Shown here: piece after piece, positions 57,015-64,000 of the stretch | How positions within the stretch are numbered: the first letter of the stretch is position 1 | Layout of the letters: each line of letters opens with the position of its first letter | Assembly: GCA_035495615.1 (NCBI GenBank) | Contig: DATJFP010000088.1 | Location: 41,763 to 105,762 of the forward strand | Source of the DNA: Verrucomicrobiia bacterium | Lineage (GTDB): Bacteria > Omnitrophota > Omnitrophia > Omnitrophales > Aquincolibacteriaceae | Direction of reading: 5' to 3' | DNA length: 64,000 nucleotides | Made by a program: the position numbers and the translations under genes | The notes under the pieces: generated by a model | Told to the model about the DNA's origin: nothing | Seen by the model: only the letters and a program-made list of their open reading frames with translations | Databases searched by the model: none

Positions 57015-57134
57015 AGGCCTCTATTATCGGCTGTTAAGAGGATTGGATTGAACGCCAATGAGGAAGATAGCCGCGGGGAAGACGGGACCCAAGGATGAGT
57101 CCGGAATGGTACGGGATCTAAGGCAAGCGGAATC

Positions 57135-57566
57135 TTAGCTTATGCCGGGAACTTCCTCTGGATCATTGAAATCATTGACCTTGGTTTCAAGCCAGTGATT
57201 GTAAGCATAGTCCAGAACGCGGAACTTATCCACGGGATCCATCATCAGGAAGCGGACGCCCTGATCATAGCCCTGATTACGGCCTTCTGCCGGGCAGGAC
57301 CACATCACCGTTCCGGAGGTACGGACCGGCTTGGGATCATCCGGAATGTCGATTTCCAGGTCTACCAGAGTCCCCTGTTTGAGATGGACATTGGAATTCA
57401 TCTTGATTCCCTCGCGGGACAGGTCTTTGCTTAAGCTGATGCCCTGAACTTCTTCGCTGCCGGGAGTTTTGAATTTAACGCTCATGTAAGCATCGAATCT
57501 TTTAAATTTTCTCCGCTCTTTTTCCATGAGCTCCTCCTTGTTGTTTGTCATCCTGAGGTTCTCCAT
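57135..57566 (-). CDS. PilZ-domain (c-di-GMP-binding) protein
   Basis: Carries RRKFKRFDA (RxxxR) and DLSREGIK (D/NxSxxG) motifs. Confidence 0.65.
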   Translation of the reverse strand: MENLRMTNNKEELMEKERRKFKRFDAYMSVKFKTPGSEEVQGISLSKDLSREGIKMNSNVHLKQGTLVDLEIDIPDDPKPVRTSGTVMWSCPAEGRNQGYDQGVRFLMMDPVDKFRVLDYAYNHWLETKVNDFNDPEEVPGIS

Positions 57567-57744
57567 TTGATCGAGATAGACTTTTATAAGTCGTTAAAAA
57601 AACTGGGCTTACGAATAGCGTTTCCAAAATCAATCCAAATATAACACATGAATTTTTCGTTTACAAGAGCACCAAAAAAAAATCTTGGAGCTTTAACTCG
57701 AAGAATGGAAGGGACTTACAGAGCGGGGAAAGAGTTTCCAGAAA

Positions 57745-58242
57745 TCATCTAAAATTCGTAAATTGCAACGGAATGTCAGCGGTGTCCGTGGATAAGCTAT
57801 GAATAACAGCCTGTAATTCGTCTTTGCTTTTGGAGGTTACCCGGATTTCTTCTCCCTGGATGCTCGCCTGCACCTTGTAGTTGCCGTCTTTGATCTTCTT
57901 GATGATGATTTTTGCTTTGTCCTGCGGGATACCGTTTACGATAGTCGCTTCCTGCCTCAGGGTGCCCTCGAAAGCTTTTTCGGGTTCTTGGAATTGCAGG
58001 GCTTTCACAGAGATCCGGCGTGCCGCCATGCGGGTCTTCAAAATGTCCTGGAGGTTTTTTAATTTCAAATCGTCATCGGCGATCAGGCGGATTTTTTTTT
58101 CAACCTTCAAAAACTCAATGGTACTCTTGCTGCCCCGGAAATCGAACCGGTTACGGAGCTCTTTGACGGCCTGATTGACGGCATTGTCGACCTCTTGGAA
58201 GTCAACCGAGGAAACAATATCGAAGGAAAACTGCGAAGGCAT
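57745..58242 (-). CDS. yajQ: YajQ-family (UPF0234) nucleotide-binding protein
   Basis: Shows the canonical start MPSQFSFDIVSSVDFQEVDNAVNQ and is ~165 aa. Lies 9 bp from the upstream PilZ gene. Confidence 0.75.
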   Translation of the reverse strand: MPSQFSFDIVSSVDFQEVDNAVNQAVKELRNRFDFRGSKSTIEFLKVEKKIRLIADDDLKLKNLQDILKTRMAARRISVKALQFQEPEKAFEGTLRQEATIVNGIPQDKAKIIIKKIKDGNYKVQASIQGEEIRVTSKSKDELQAVIHSLSTDTADIPLQFTNFR

Positions 58243-58251
58243 AGCGGAGCT

Positions 58252-58617
58252 TTACGGAACGTTTTTCTTGGCGAAGGATTCGATCTGTTTTTTCAGGAGA
58301 TTCTGGTTGTCGGTGTCCATGTCTTCGAACTCAATGCCGACATCATAGCGAACCTTGCGGTTACGCGAGTTGCCTACCGGAACGATCCAGACAACCTTCC
58401 CCTTACACTCGATGACTTCTTTTTTGCTCCCGAGATCAAGGCGGACCATGCAGCGGCTGAAACGTTCCAGCGAACGGTTAAGGATCACCGCAACGCCGCC
58501 GACGCCCACGTTCTCCGTCATGGAGCTGAGAGGAACGCCCTCTTCGTCGGAACGAATTTGAATTTCGCAATGCAAATTCATCCGGGGAAATTTTCTTTGA
58601 TCAAAGCCGTCCCACAT
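58252..58617 (-). CDS. PilZ-domain protein
   Basis: Carries QRKFPRMNL (RxxxR) and NVGVGGVAV motifs. Confidence 0.6.
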   Translation of the reverse strand: MWDGFDQRKFPRMNLHCEIQIRSDEEGVPLSSMTENVGVGGVAVILNRSLERFSRCMVRLDLGSKKEVIECKGKVVWIVPVGNSRNRKVRYDVGIEFEDMDTDNQNLLKKQIESFAKKNVP

Positions 58618-58643
58618 GAGCGCCGGGTCCTCTCAAAAGGCTT

Positions 58644-59663
58644 TTAATCCAGGGTCCTGACAAAAGCATCCTGGAATGATTTCGAGGCATTGCCTTTCCG
58701 GAATTTTTCCAAATAGGTCTGAGCCTCGTCCGCGTCGGAAAACCTTCCCAAAAAAACCGAATGATAGACGCGGCCGCTGCGGCTCGAAAGGGCTTTGACA
58801 AATGCCGGGGCGCCGCTGTCTTTAATATCCTGAACAACGCGTTCCGCATCTTGTGCCGTCGCATATGTGGCGACTTGCACGACGTAGCGCTTGCCTGTTT
58901 CAGCCTCGGCTTTCGGAGCATTCGGCTCAGCCTGCGCGGCATTTTCCACCGCAGGAGCTGCGGCGGGCGCGGGCGTTTCCTGTGCGGAAGAGCGTTCTTC
59001 TTCCCCGCGGGCGCGCTCTGCGCGGGAAGCCTTGGCGGGCTTTGCAGCCTGTTTCGTAACGGTCTTTCCCGGGTTTTTCATGGCTCTTTCACGATTCACA
59101 TTCAGCACATGAATTCCGGCGAAAACAGAAATCAGCAGGGCTGCGCCGACGACGCCAAAAAACGCACGCCGTATGGCGGGACGGCGAAAGTCGACGAGTT
59201 TGACCACCTTCCACAGCGACGTGAAAAGGACGATGGCCGCTTTCAAAAGAAATTTTCCGACGGATAGCGCGAACGCCGAGAGATTAGTCCAAAAGGATTG
59301 AGGGATCGAAGGCATTTTGAAAGGCGGCTTTGAGGACTGCGGCTTATTCGCCGCCTTTTGCTGCTTGGATTTTTCCGCTTCTGCGAGCTCTTCAAGGCGG
59401 GCCATGCGGTTGTGATCGCCCTTCGGCTCTTTATTTTCCGGCCTTTGAGTCTGCGGAGCCGGCCCTGAAAAAAGATCTTTGGAAGGCTGTTCTAACGTCG
59501 CGCTTTTCTGGGAAAACCCAAGCCGTTGCATGGGTTTGTTTTGAGGCGGTGTGGACGGCAGCATCGGCGGGCGAAGTTCCCCGTAGAGCTTTTTCTGAAT
59601 GTCGTTCTCGCTTAAAGTGCGTAAACTGCCGTTGCTTTTCTTGCCCTTATTGAACAACCCCAT
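58644..59663 (-). CDS. Membrane-anchored SPOR-domain (peptidoglycan-binding, division-site) protein
   Basis: Has a central transmembrane segment (FALSVGKFLLKAAIVLFTSLW), a Pro/Ala-rich linker and a C-terminal SPOR-like fold (YVVQVATYATAQDAERVVQDIKDSG...RVYHSVFLGRFSDADEAQ). Confidence 0.6.
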   Translation of the reverse strand: MGLFNKGKKSNGSLRTLSENDIQKKLYGELRPPMLPSTPPQNKPMQRLGFSQKSATLEQPSKDLFSGPAPQTQRPENKEPKGDHNRMARLEELAEAEKSKQQKAANKPQSSKPPFKMPSIPQSFWTNLSAFALSVGKFLLKAAIVLFTSLWKVVKLVDFRRPAIRRAFFGVVGAALLISVFAGIHVLNVNRERAMKNPGKTVTKQAAKPAKASRAERARGEEERSSAQETPAPAAAPAVENAAQAEPNAPKAEAETGKRYVVQVATYATAQDAERVVQDIKDSGAPAFVKALSSRSGRVYHSVFLGRFSDADEAQTYLEKFRKGNASKSFQDAFVRTLD

Positions 59664-59680
59664 AAAGAAAGACCGTCCTT

Positions 59681-60178
59681 TTAGAAAGATTCCCCTGATT
59701 TATGGCCGTCCCTCAAGGAAAGGGTAAACTTGAGAAGCTCGATGTCCCCCAGTTGAATCTTGGCGCGCTGCACGAAACCCTTCTTTTGGCAAAGGAGAAT
59801 AGCGCCCTGCATGCGCGACGTCGTCTTGAAGACGAGTTCCTGATAGCCCACTTCCTGGCAAAATTTCAAAGCGCGCTCGAGGAGCTTCTGCCCGATCTGC
59901 TTCTTGCGGTAATCCAACGAAACGAAAAGGCGCCGGAGAAGCGCGATGCGTTCGTCTTCTTTTTTGATGGCGACCGTGCCGATGACTTTGTTGCCGTCTT
60001 CGGCAATGAAAAAAATATCGCCGATATTGCCGTAGGCCTTTTCGATCTGCTCGATATCCGTGATCGGATACGCGCCCTGATCTTCCTTAAACTCGCGCGC
60101 CATGATGGCGGTGATCAGGCCTTTAATCGCTTCCTTGTCATCTTCGCGAAAACGCCGAATGCTGACCGGTTGGCTCAT
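59681..60178 (-). CDS. GNAT-family N-acetyltransferase. The start is called at the internal Met (MSQPVSIRRF...), not the track's upstream extension.
   Basis: Acetyl-CoA-binding motif region RRLFVSLDYRKKQIGQKLL. The upstream 28 codons of track ORF 59681..60262 overlap the C-terminus of the preceding gene in another frame. The ATG lies 1 nt after the TAA stop of the upstream gene (AAATAATATGAGC). Confidence 0.7.
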   Translation of the reverse strand: MSQPVSIRRFREDDKEAIKGLITAIMAREFKEDQGAYPITDIEQIEKAYGNIGDIFFIAEDGNKVIGTVAIKKEDERIALLRRLFVSLDYRKKQIGQKLLERALKFCQEVGYQELVFKTTSRMQGAILLCQKKGFVQRAKIQLGDIELLKFTLSLRDGHKSGESF

Positions 60179-60179
60179 A

Positions 60180-60461
60180 TTATTTCTTGGCTTTTTCGGC
60201 CGGCGCGGCGGCTTTGGCTTTTTCAGCAGGGGCTCCGGCAGCAGGCGCAGCACCCTTCTCACCCGCGGCAGCTTCTTTCGGACCGCCGGCAGATTTCTTC
60301 ACTTTAATCTTGATGGATTTGTACTTTGGCAGGCCGTAAACGGAAGCCTCTCCGCTCCATTTTCCGTCCGCTTCCATTTTTTTGATGCGCTCGTATTTCT
60401 TCAGCACGTTGCGGTGCTTGACGCCGACGCTGTCGACTTTAAGACTCGGATGCTGTGACAT
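60180..60461 (-). CDS. Small Lys/Ala-rich basic protein with a histone-H1 / AlgP-like tail (...KVKKSAGGPKEAAAGEKGAAPAAGAPAEKAKAAAPAEKAKK)
   Basis: 93 aa, pI clearly basic, KAAK/PAEKAK-type tail. The stop codon is 1 nt before the GNAT start. No confident family assignment. Confidence 0.45.
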   Translation of the reverse strand: MSQHPSLKVDSVGVKHRNVLKKYERIKKMEADGKWSGEASVYGLPKYKSIKIKVKKSAGGPKEAAAGEKGAAPAAGAPAEKAKAAAPAEKAKK

Positions 60462-60726
60462 GAACTCTCCTTAGACTAAAAAATTTGGCTAATAGCAGCC
60501 ATGAGTACGGGTTGGCATTTCCGCGGCTCGGCCGCAAATCGGGAACCGCCCGGGACTTCGCATCCCTCTGAAATATCGAGGATTATACTCAATCCCTGCA
60601 CCTTTGGCTAGATGAAATTGATACTCCCAAACCGTCTTCCCGGCTCTCGAAAGTTACTCCGGATGGGGTCATTTGACGCTAAAGAGTGAAATTGCTAGTG
60701 ACGAACCGGCTAAGGACGGCCGGAGA

Positions 60727-61383
60727 TCAATGCGGCATGTTCCGGACGTACGCGTCCTGAGGGACCAGGTTTTGCACCTTTAAATTTTTGAGCAGAGAGG
60801 TTGCCGCGGACCGGCTCTCGAAAGCATTCACGCAGACTTGCAGGCTCTTGCCGCTGGGAATGACAAATCCCTGGTAGCCTTTGGTGGCCAGCTTTTCGAT
60901 ATGCTTTTGCGCCTGGGACTGGCTTTTATAGGTGACGACCTGAATCGTGTATTTGCCATCGGGCTTTGCGGCCGGCGCGGAAGCGGCTGCCGCAGGCGCA
61001 GCTTCGGCAACGGCGGCCGTCGGAGCTTCGGGTTCGGCTTTGGCAGTGGGAGCAGACGCTTCGATGGCCGGCGCAGCCGTCACGACGGCGGCCGGAGGAT
61101 TCGGAATTTGCGTGGCGTCGATAATAACGGTCTGCTGCCCTTCCGGAAGCACCGTCTTGGCGGGCTCAGCATACCGAGGGTGGATCTCACGCCCCGCGAA
61201 CTGCTTCCCTTTTTCCACGCCCATGCAGAAAACGACCGAGCTGAACACCAGCATGGCGATCATGACGATGAGTGCCTGGTCCAGGCGGATGGTGAACCGG
61301 TATTTTTCGAGGAATGCCGGACGTGTAACAGGGGTTATCGTGGATACCGATGCCGGAATTTTAAATAAGTCTGCTTGAAACAT
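60727..61383 (-). CDS. Second membrane-anchored SPOR-domain protein
   Basis: Has a transmembrane segment (LIVMIAMLVFSSVVFCMGV), an Ala/Pro-rich linker and a C-terminal SPOR-like fold (KYTIQVVTYKSQSQAQKHIEKLATKGYQGFV). Confidence 0.6.
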   Translation of the reverse strand: MFQADLFKIPASVSTITPVTRPAFLEKYRFTIRLDQALIVMIAMLVFSSVVFCMGVEKGKQFAGREIHPRYAEPAKTVLPEGQQTVIIDATQIPNPPAAVVTAAPAIEASAPTAKAEPEAPTAAVAEAAPAAAASAPAAKPDGKYTIQVVTYKSQSQAQKHIEKLATKGYQGFVIPSGKSLQVCVNAFESRSAATSLLKNLKVQNLVPQDAYVRNMPH

Positions 61384-61404
61384 AAGGCCTCCCAGTAGGA
61401 ATGA

Positions 61405-62676
61405 TTAGAACGCCTTTATGTTACGGCACAATTCCGCCAGGACATGAGCGCTTTGCCGCACTTTTCTTGCCTGGGTAGCGTAATCGACTTCGACGAGGCC
61501 AAAACGGGGCTTGAATCCGTCTGCCCATTCGAAATTATCCAGAAGCGACCAGTAGAAAAAGCCCATGACGTCCAATCCGTCCTTGCCCGCCCGTTCCAGC
61601 GCGCCCAAATGGGATTTGATGAACGCCTGGCGCTGTTCGTCCTCGTGCGCGCAGATGCCGTTTTCGCAAACCAGAACCGGAAGCCCGTACTGCTTCAGGC
61701 TCATGAGAATGCGGTAAAATCCCTCGGGATAGACTTCCCAGCCCATGGCATTGATTTCCTTGGATTCGCCCGGATGATGCTTTTCATTGCAATCTGAACC
61801 CAGCGGCGTGGGTGCGTCCCCGCCCGCCCTGACGAAATGGCGCGTGTAATAATTCACGCCGATGTAGTCCAACGTGCTCCGTGACGAAATGAATTCGCAG
61901 AAAAGCCCGGGGAAAAACAGGAAGCCATTTGTCAGCGCCTGCAAAAAAAGATGGTTGAAAAACCAGTCGCGCAAAAACGTAAACCACCGGTCTTTCACGC
62001 TCAAAGGATTGCAGGGAGTGAAATCAGACAAATGCTTGGCGATGGAAATCATGGCCCGGGTCCCCAGCGCTTCTTCGTAGTGCTGCTGCATGGCCTCGTA
62101 AGCGCCGACGTGCCCCTGGAGCAAATGGCGGAAAACTTTGACCGCGTCCGGAAAAGTTTTTTTTCCCGGGGGCCACAGTCCCGTGCAATACCCATGAAAA
62201 AGGTAAACCACCGGCTCGTTGATGGTGTTCCAGTAAGTCACGTGGCGGCCCAGGACTTCGGCCACTTTGCGGGCGTATCTTTTGAAATAACGGGGACTTT
62301 CCGGAGAAAGCCAGCCGCCCTTCTCCGCGAGCCATATCGGGTTGGTGAAGTGGTGGAGCGTCACGACCGGTTCGATCCCGAAACGACGCATCTCGAGGAT
62401 CATGTCTTCATAGTGGTGGAAGGCGCTTTCATCCCAGCGGCCTTCTTCCGGTTCGATGCGGCTCCATTCGATGGAAAAGCGGTGAGCATTATGCCCGAGC
62501 TTGGCGATCATCTCGATGTCTTTGCGGTACAGCTCGTATTGGTTGCACGCGAGTTCCGAGCAGGTCCGCACGCGGCCCGCTTTTTCAAAGGCCCACCAGT
62601 CGTTGTTCCGGTTGTTGCCTTCCACCTGGTGGGAGGAAGTCGCGGCGCCCCAGAGAAATAATTTCGATTCGGTCAT
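61405..62676 (-). CDS. Glycoside hydrolase family 1 beta-glucosidase
   Basis: Has the acid/base motif TINEP, the nucleophile motif (V)CENG(I) and the N-terminal GAATSSHQVEG, typical of GH1. Confidence 0.8.
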   Translation of the reverse strand: MTESKLFLWGAATSSHQVEGNNRNNDWWAFEKAGRVRTCSELACNQYELYRKDIEMIAKLGHNAHRFSIEWSRIEPEEGRWDESAFHHYEDMILEMRRFGIEPVVTLHHFTNPIWLAEKGGWLSPESPRYFKRYARKVAEVLGRHVTYWNTINEPVVYLFHGYCTGLWPPGKKTFPDAVKVFRHLLQGHVGAYEAMQQHYEEALGTRAMISIAKHLSDFTPCNPLSVKDRWFTFLRDWFFNHLFLQALTNGFLFFPGLFCEFISSRSTLDYIGVNYYTRHFVRAGGDAPTPLGSDCNEKHHPGESKEINAMGWEVYPEGFYRILMSLKQYGLPVLVCENGICAHEDEQRQAFIKSHLGALERAGKDGLDVMGFFYWSLLDNFEWADGFKPRFGLVEVDYATQARKVRQSAHVLAELCRNIKAF

Positions 62677-62776
62677 GGATCGTTTTCTTTTTGGAGGATT
62701 CAGGAAAGACGTTTCGTACCGATTTCTTCCAGTAAAGATTCGGCCGGTCGCCTTAAAAAATGAAGGATCGAGAAGG

Positions 62777-63412
62777 CTATTCCGCTTTTTTGATCCGCTG
62801 GGGGGGCCACCAGATCAGAAAAGCTTTTCCGACGAGATTGTTGCGGGGGACAAATCCCCAGCTCCGGCTGTCCGCGGAATGCGCGGAGTTGTCGCCCAGG
62901 ACGAAATAACTGTCTTCGGGAACGCGGATGACTTCGTTTTCGAGCCCGAGCCGGCCTTCCTTGACATTGTAATAATAATTCTTGGTGAAGACCTTGTCGT
63001 CGAGGACCTTGCCGTTGATGACGATCTTGCCGTCCTTGATCTCCACCGCTTCGCCAGGCAGTCCGACGAGCCGTTTGACAAAGTCTTTCTTTTTGTCGAG
63101 CGGGTACTTGAAGACAATGATGTCGCCGCGTTCCGGAGGACGGAACCGGTAGCTGATCTTGTCGACGAAAATGCGGTCACCCACAAGGAATGTGGGAATC
63201 ATGGATCCCGTGGGGATCTTGTAGGGACCGAGCAGGAACGTGCGGATCAGGACGGCGAGCACCGCGGCAACCAGGAACGGCTCGCCCCAATTCTTCCATT
63301 TGTCGAAAAGCCATTCTCGCCGGCGCGTCTGGAAACCGCGCCATTCTTCGGCGAGTTTGTGGCGGTAAAGGATGAGAAGACCCAGGGCCGCCAGAGCAAT
63401 CCAAATGATCAT
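62777..63412 (-). CDS. lepB: Signal peptidase I
   Basis: Carries box B (IPTGSMIPT, catalytic Ser), box D (VKRLVGLPGE, catalytic Lys) and box E (GDNSAHSADSRSWG), after an N-terminal transmembrane segment. Confidence 0.85.
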   Translation of the reverse strand: MIIWIALAALGLLILYRHKLAEEWRGFQTRRREWLFDKWKNWGEPFLVAAVLAVLIRTFLLGPYKIPTGSMIPTFLVGDRIFVDKISYRFRPPERGDIIVFKYPLDKKKDFVKRLVGLPGEAVEIKDGKIVINGKVLDDKVFTKNYYYNVKEGRLGLENEVIRVPEDSYFVLGDNSAHSADSRSWGFVPRNNLVGKAFLIWWPPQRIKKAE

Positions 63413-64000
63413 GTGTCCACCTTGAGGACGGTGATAAAGGCTTCCTGAGGCAGATCAATCCGCCCCACCTTCTTCATCCGCTTCTTGCCTTCCTTTTGTT
63501 TTTCCCAGAGCTTGCGCTTGCGTGTGATGTCGCCGCCATAGCACTTGCTGGTCACATTCTTTTTCAGCGGCCCAATCGATTCGCGCGCGATGATCTTGCT
63601 GCCGACTGCGGCCTGGATCACGACCTCGAAGAGCTGCCTTGGGATCACTTCCTTCAATTTCTCGGCCAGTATCTTCCCGCGCTGGTAGGCCCTTTCCCGG
63701 ACCACGATGCTCGAAAGCGCGTCCACGGGCTCGTCATTGATCAAGATGTCGAGCTTCACCAGCTTGGATTCCTGCGGCTTGATGAAATCATAATTCAGCG
63801 AGCCGTAGCCCGACGTCGCAGATTTGATTTTATCATAAAAATCCATGACGACTTCGGCAAAAGGAATTTCGTAGATGAGCATGACACGCGTCTGGTCCAG
63901 ATATTCCGTGCTCTTATAAATTCCGCGCCGGTCCTGGCATAATTGCATGATGATGCCGATGTTGGCAACAGGAATAATAATGTTGGCGCGGATGAAGGGC
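63409..64000 (-). CDS. lepA: Elongation factor 4 (LepA), C-terminal ~195 codons. The 5' part of the gene lies beyond the window end.
   Basis: The C-terminal LepA-specific region (...GGDITRKRKLWEKQKEGKKRMKKVGRIDLPQEAFITVLKV) is present. The reading frame continues open to position 64000 (...PFIRANIIIPVANIGIIMQLCQ). Stop codon overlaps the lepB start. Confidence 0.8.
   Translation of the reverse strand, partial: PFIRANIIIPVANIGIIMQLCQDRRGIYKSTEYLDQTRVMLIYEIPFAEVVMDFYDKIKSATSGYGSLNYDFIKPQESKLVKLDILINDEPVDALSSIVVRERAYQRGKILAEKLKEVIPRQLFEVVIQAAVGSKIIARESIGPLKKNVTSKCYGGDITRKRKLWEKQKEGKKRMKKVGRIDLPQEAFITVLKVDT

Noticed and set aside
57567-57744. Intrinsic terminator after yajQ (ggagctttaactc ... 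T9 run)
   Set aside because: Only a 3-bp GAG/CTC stem can be drawn ahead of the T9 tract on the minus strand. That is too weak to call.
60179-60262. The N-terminal 28 codons (MRRVLRLLPEPLLKKPKPPRRPKKPRNN) of the track's GNAT ORF
   Set aside because: These codons overlap the C-terminal KAKAAAPAEKAKK tail of the upstream small protein in a different frame. The GNAT fold starts at the internal Met, 1 nt after the upstream TAA.

Overview
This window is dominated by a single giant gene on the minus strand, and it is not in the supplied ORF track. It runs from an ATG at 48530 down through position 1 and beyond the window edge, so at least ~16,170 codons lie inside the window. Every long plus-strand ORF in the track (165..5825, 5910..9569, 9579..10898, 10920..12101, 12279..16085, 16347..20132, 21558..25697, 26676..29789, 29934..34340, 34569..37733, 37779..41495, 41511..43790, 44676..47228, 47745..48656) starts at a coordinate that is 0 mod 3. 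They share one reading frame across 48.5 kb and have the R/G/D/F/H-rich composition typical of an antisense shadow. I reverse-complement translated several stretches in the matching minus frame by hand: 1..330, 11805..11951, 40320..40859, 48111..48530, plus spot checks near 6300-6600, 6920-6975, 7725-7800, 27110-27180, 33545-33615, 34080-34200, 37790-37860 and 41521-41780. Each gives clean protein sequence with high-GC codon usage (GC3 roughly 75-80%) and recognisable domains. These include an N-terminal signal-anchor helix and three ~62-aa repeats. They are followed by an array of at least seven ~155-aa helical repeats with near-identical DNA between copies. A transmembrane hairpin, a PP2C-like phosphatase domain and a single transmembrane helix with a proline-rich segment come next. 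Two polytopic transmembrane clusters follow, then Pol-beta/poly(A)-polymerase-head-like nucleotidyltransferase motifs and a GYGA low-complexity tract. A cytidylate-kinase-like P-loop domain sits at the window edge. Apart from the segments named above, the remainder of the 16 kaa was translated only mentally, so domain calls outside the verified stretches are tentative. GC content is uneven inside the gene: the N-terminal ~4 kb is ~54% and the interior is ~68%. Upstream on the same strand, across an AT-rich 266-bp gap with a near-consensus sigma70-like promoter, is a receiver / PAS-histidine kinase / receiver two-component unit. Beyond that is an ordinary ~52% GC chromosomal stretch, all on the minus strand. 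It carries tRNA-Ala(CGC) and a lipid trio (lysophospholipase-like hydrolase, acyl-CoA ligase, cNMP-binding patatin phospholipase). It also carries a PilZ / YajQ / PilZ second-messenger cluster, two SPOR proteins, and a K/A-rich small basic protein tightly coupled to a GNAT acetyltransferase. A GH1 beta-glucosidase, lepB and the 3' part of lepA complete it. No CRISPR array or mobile element was seen.
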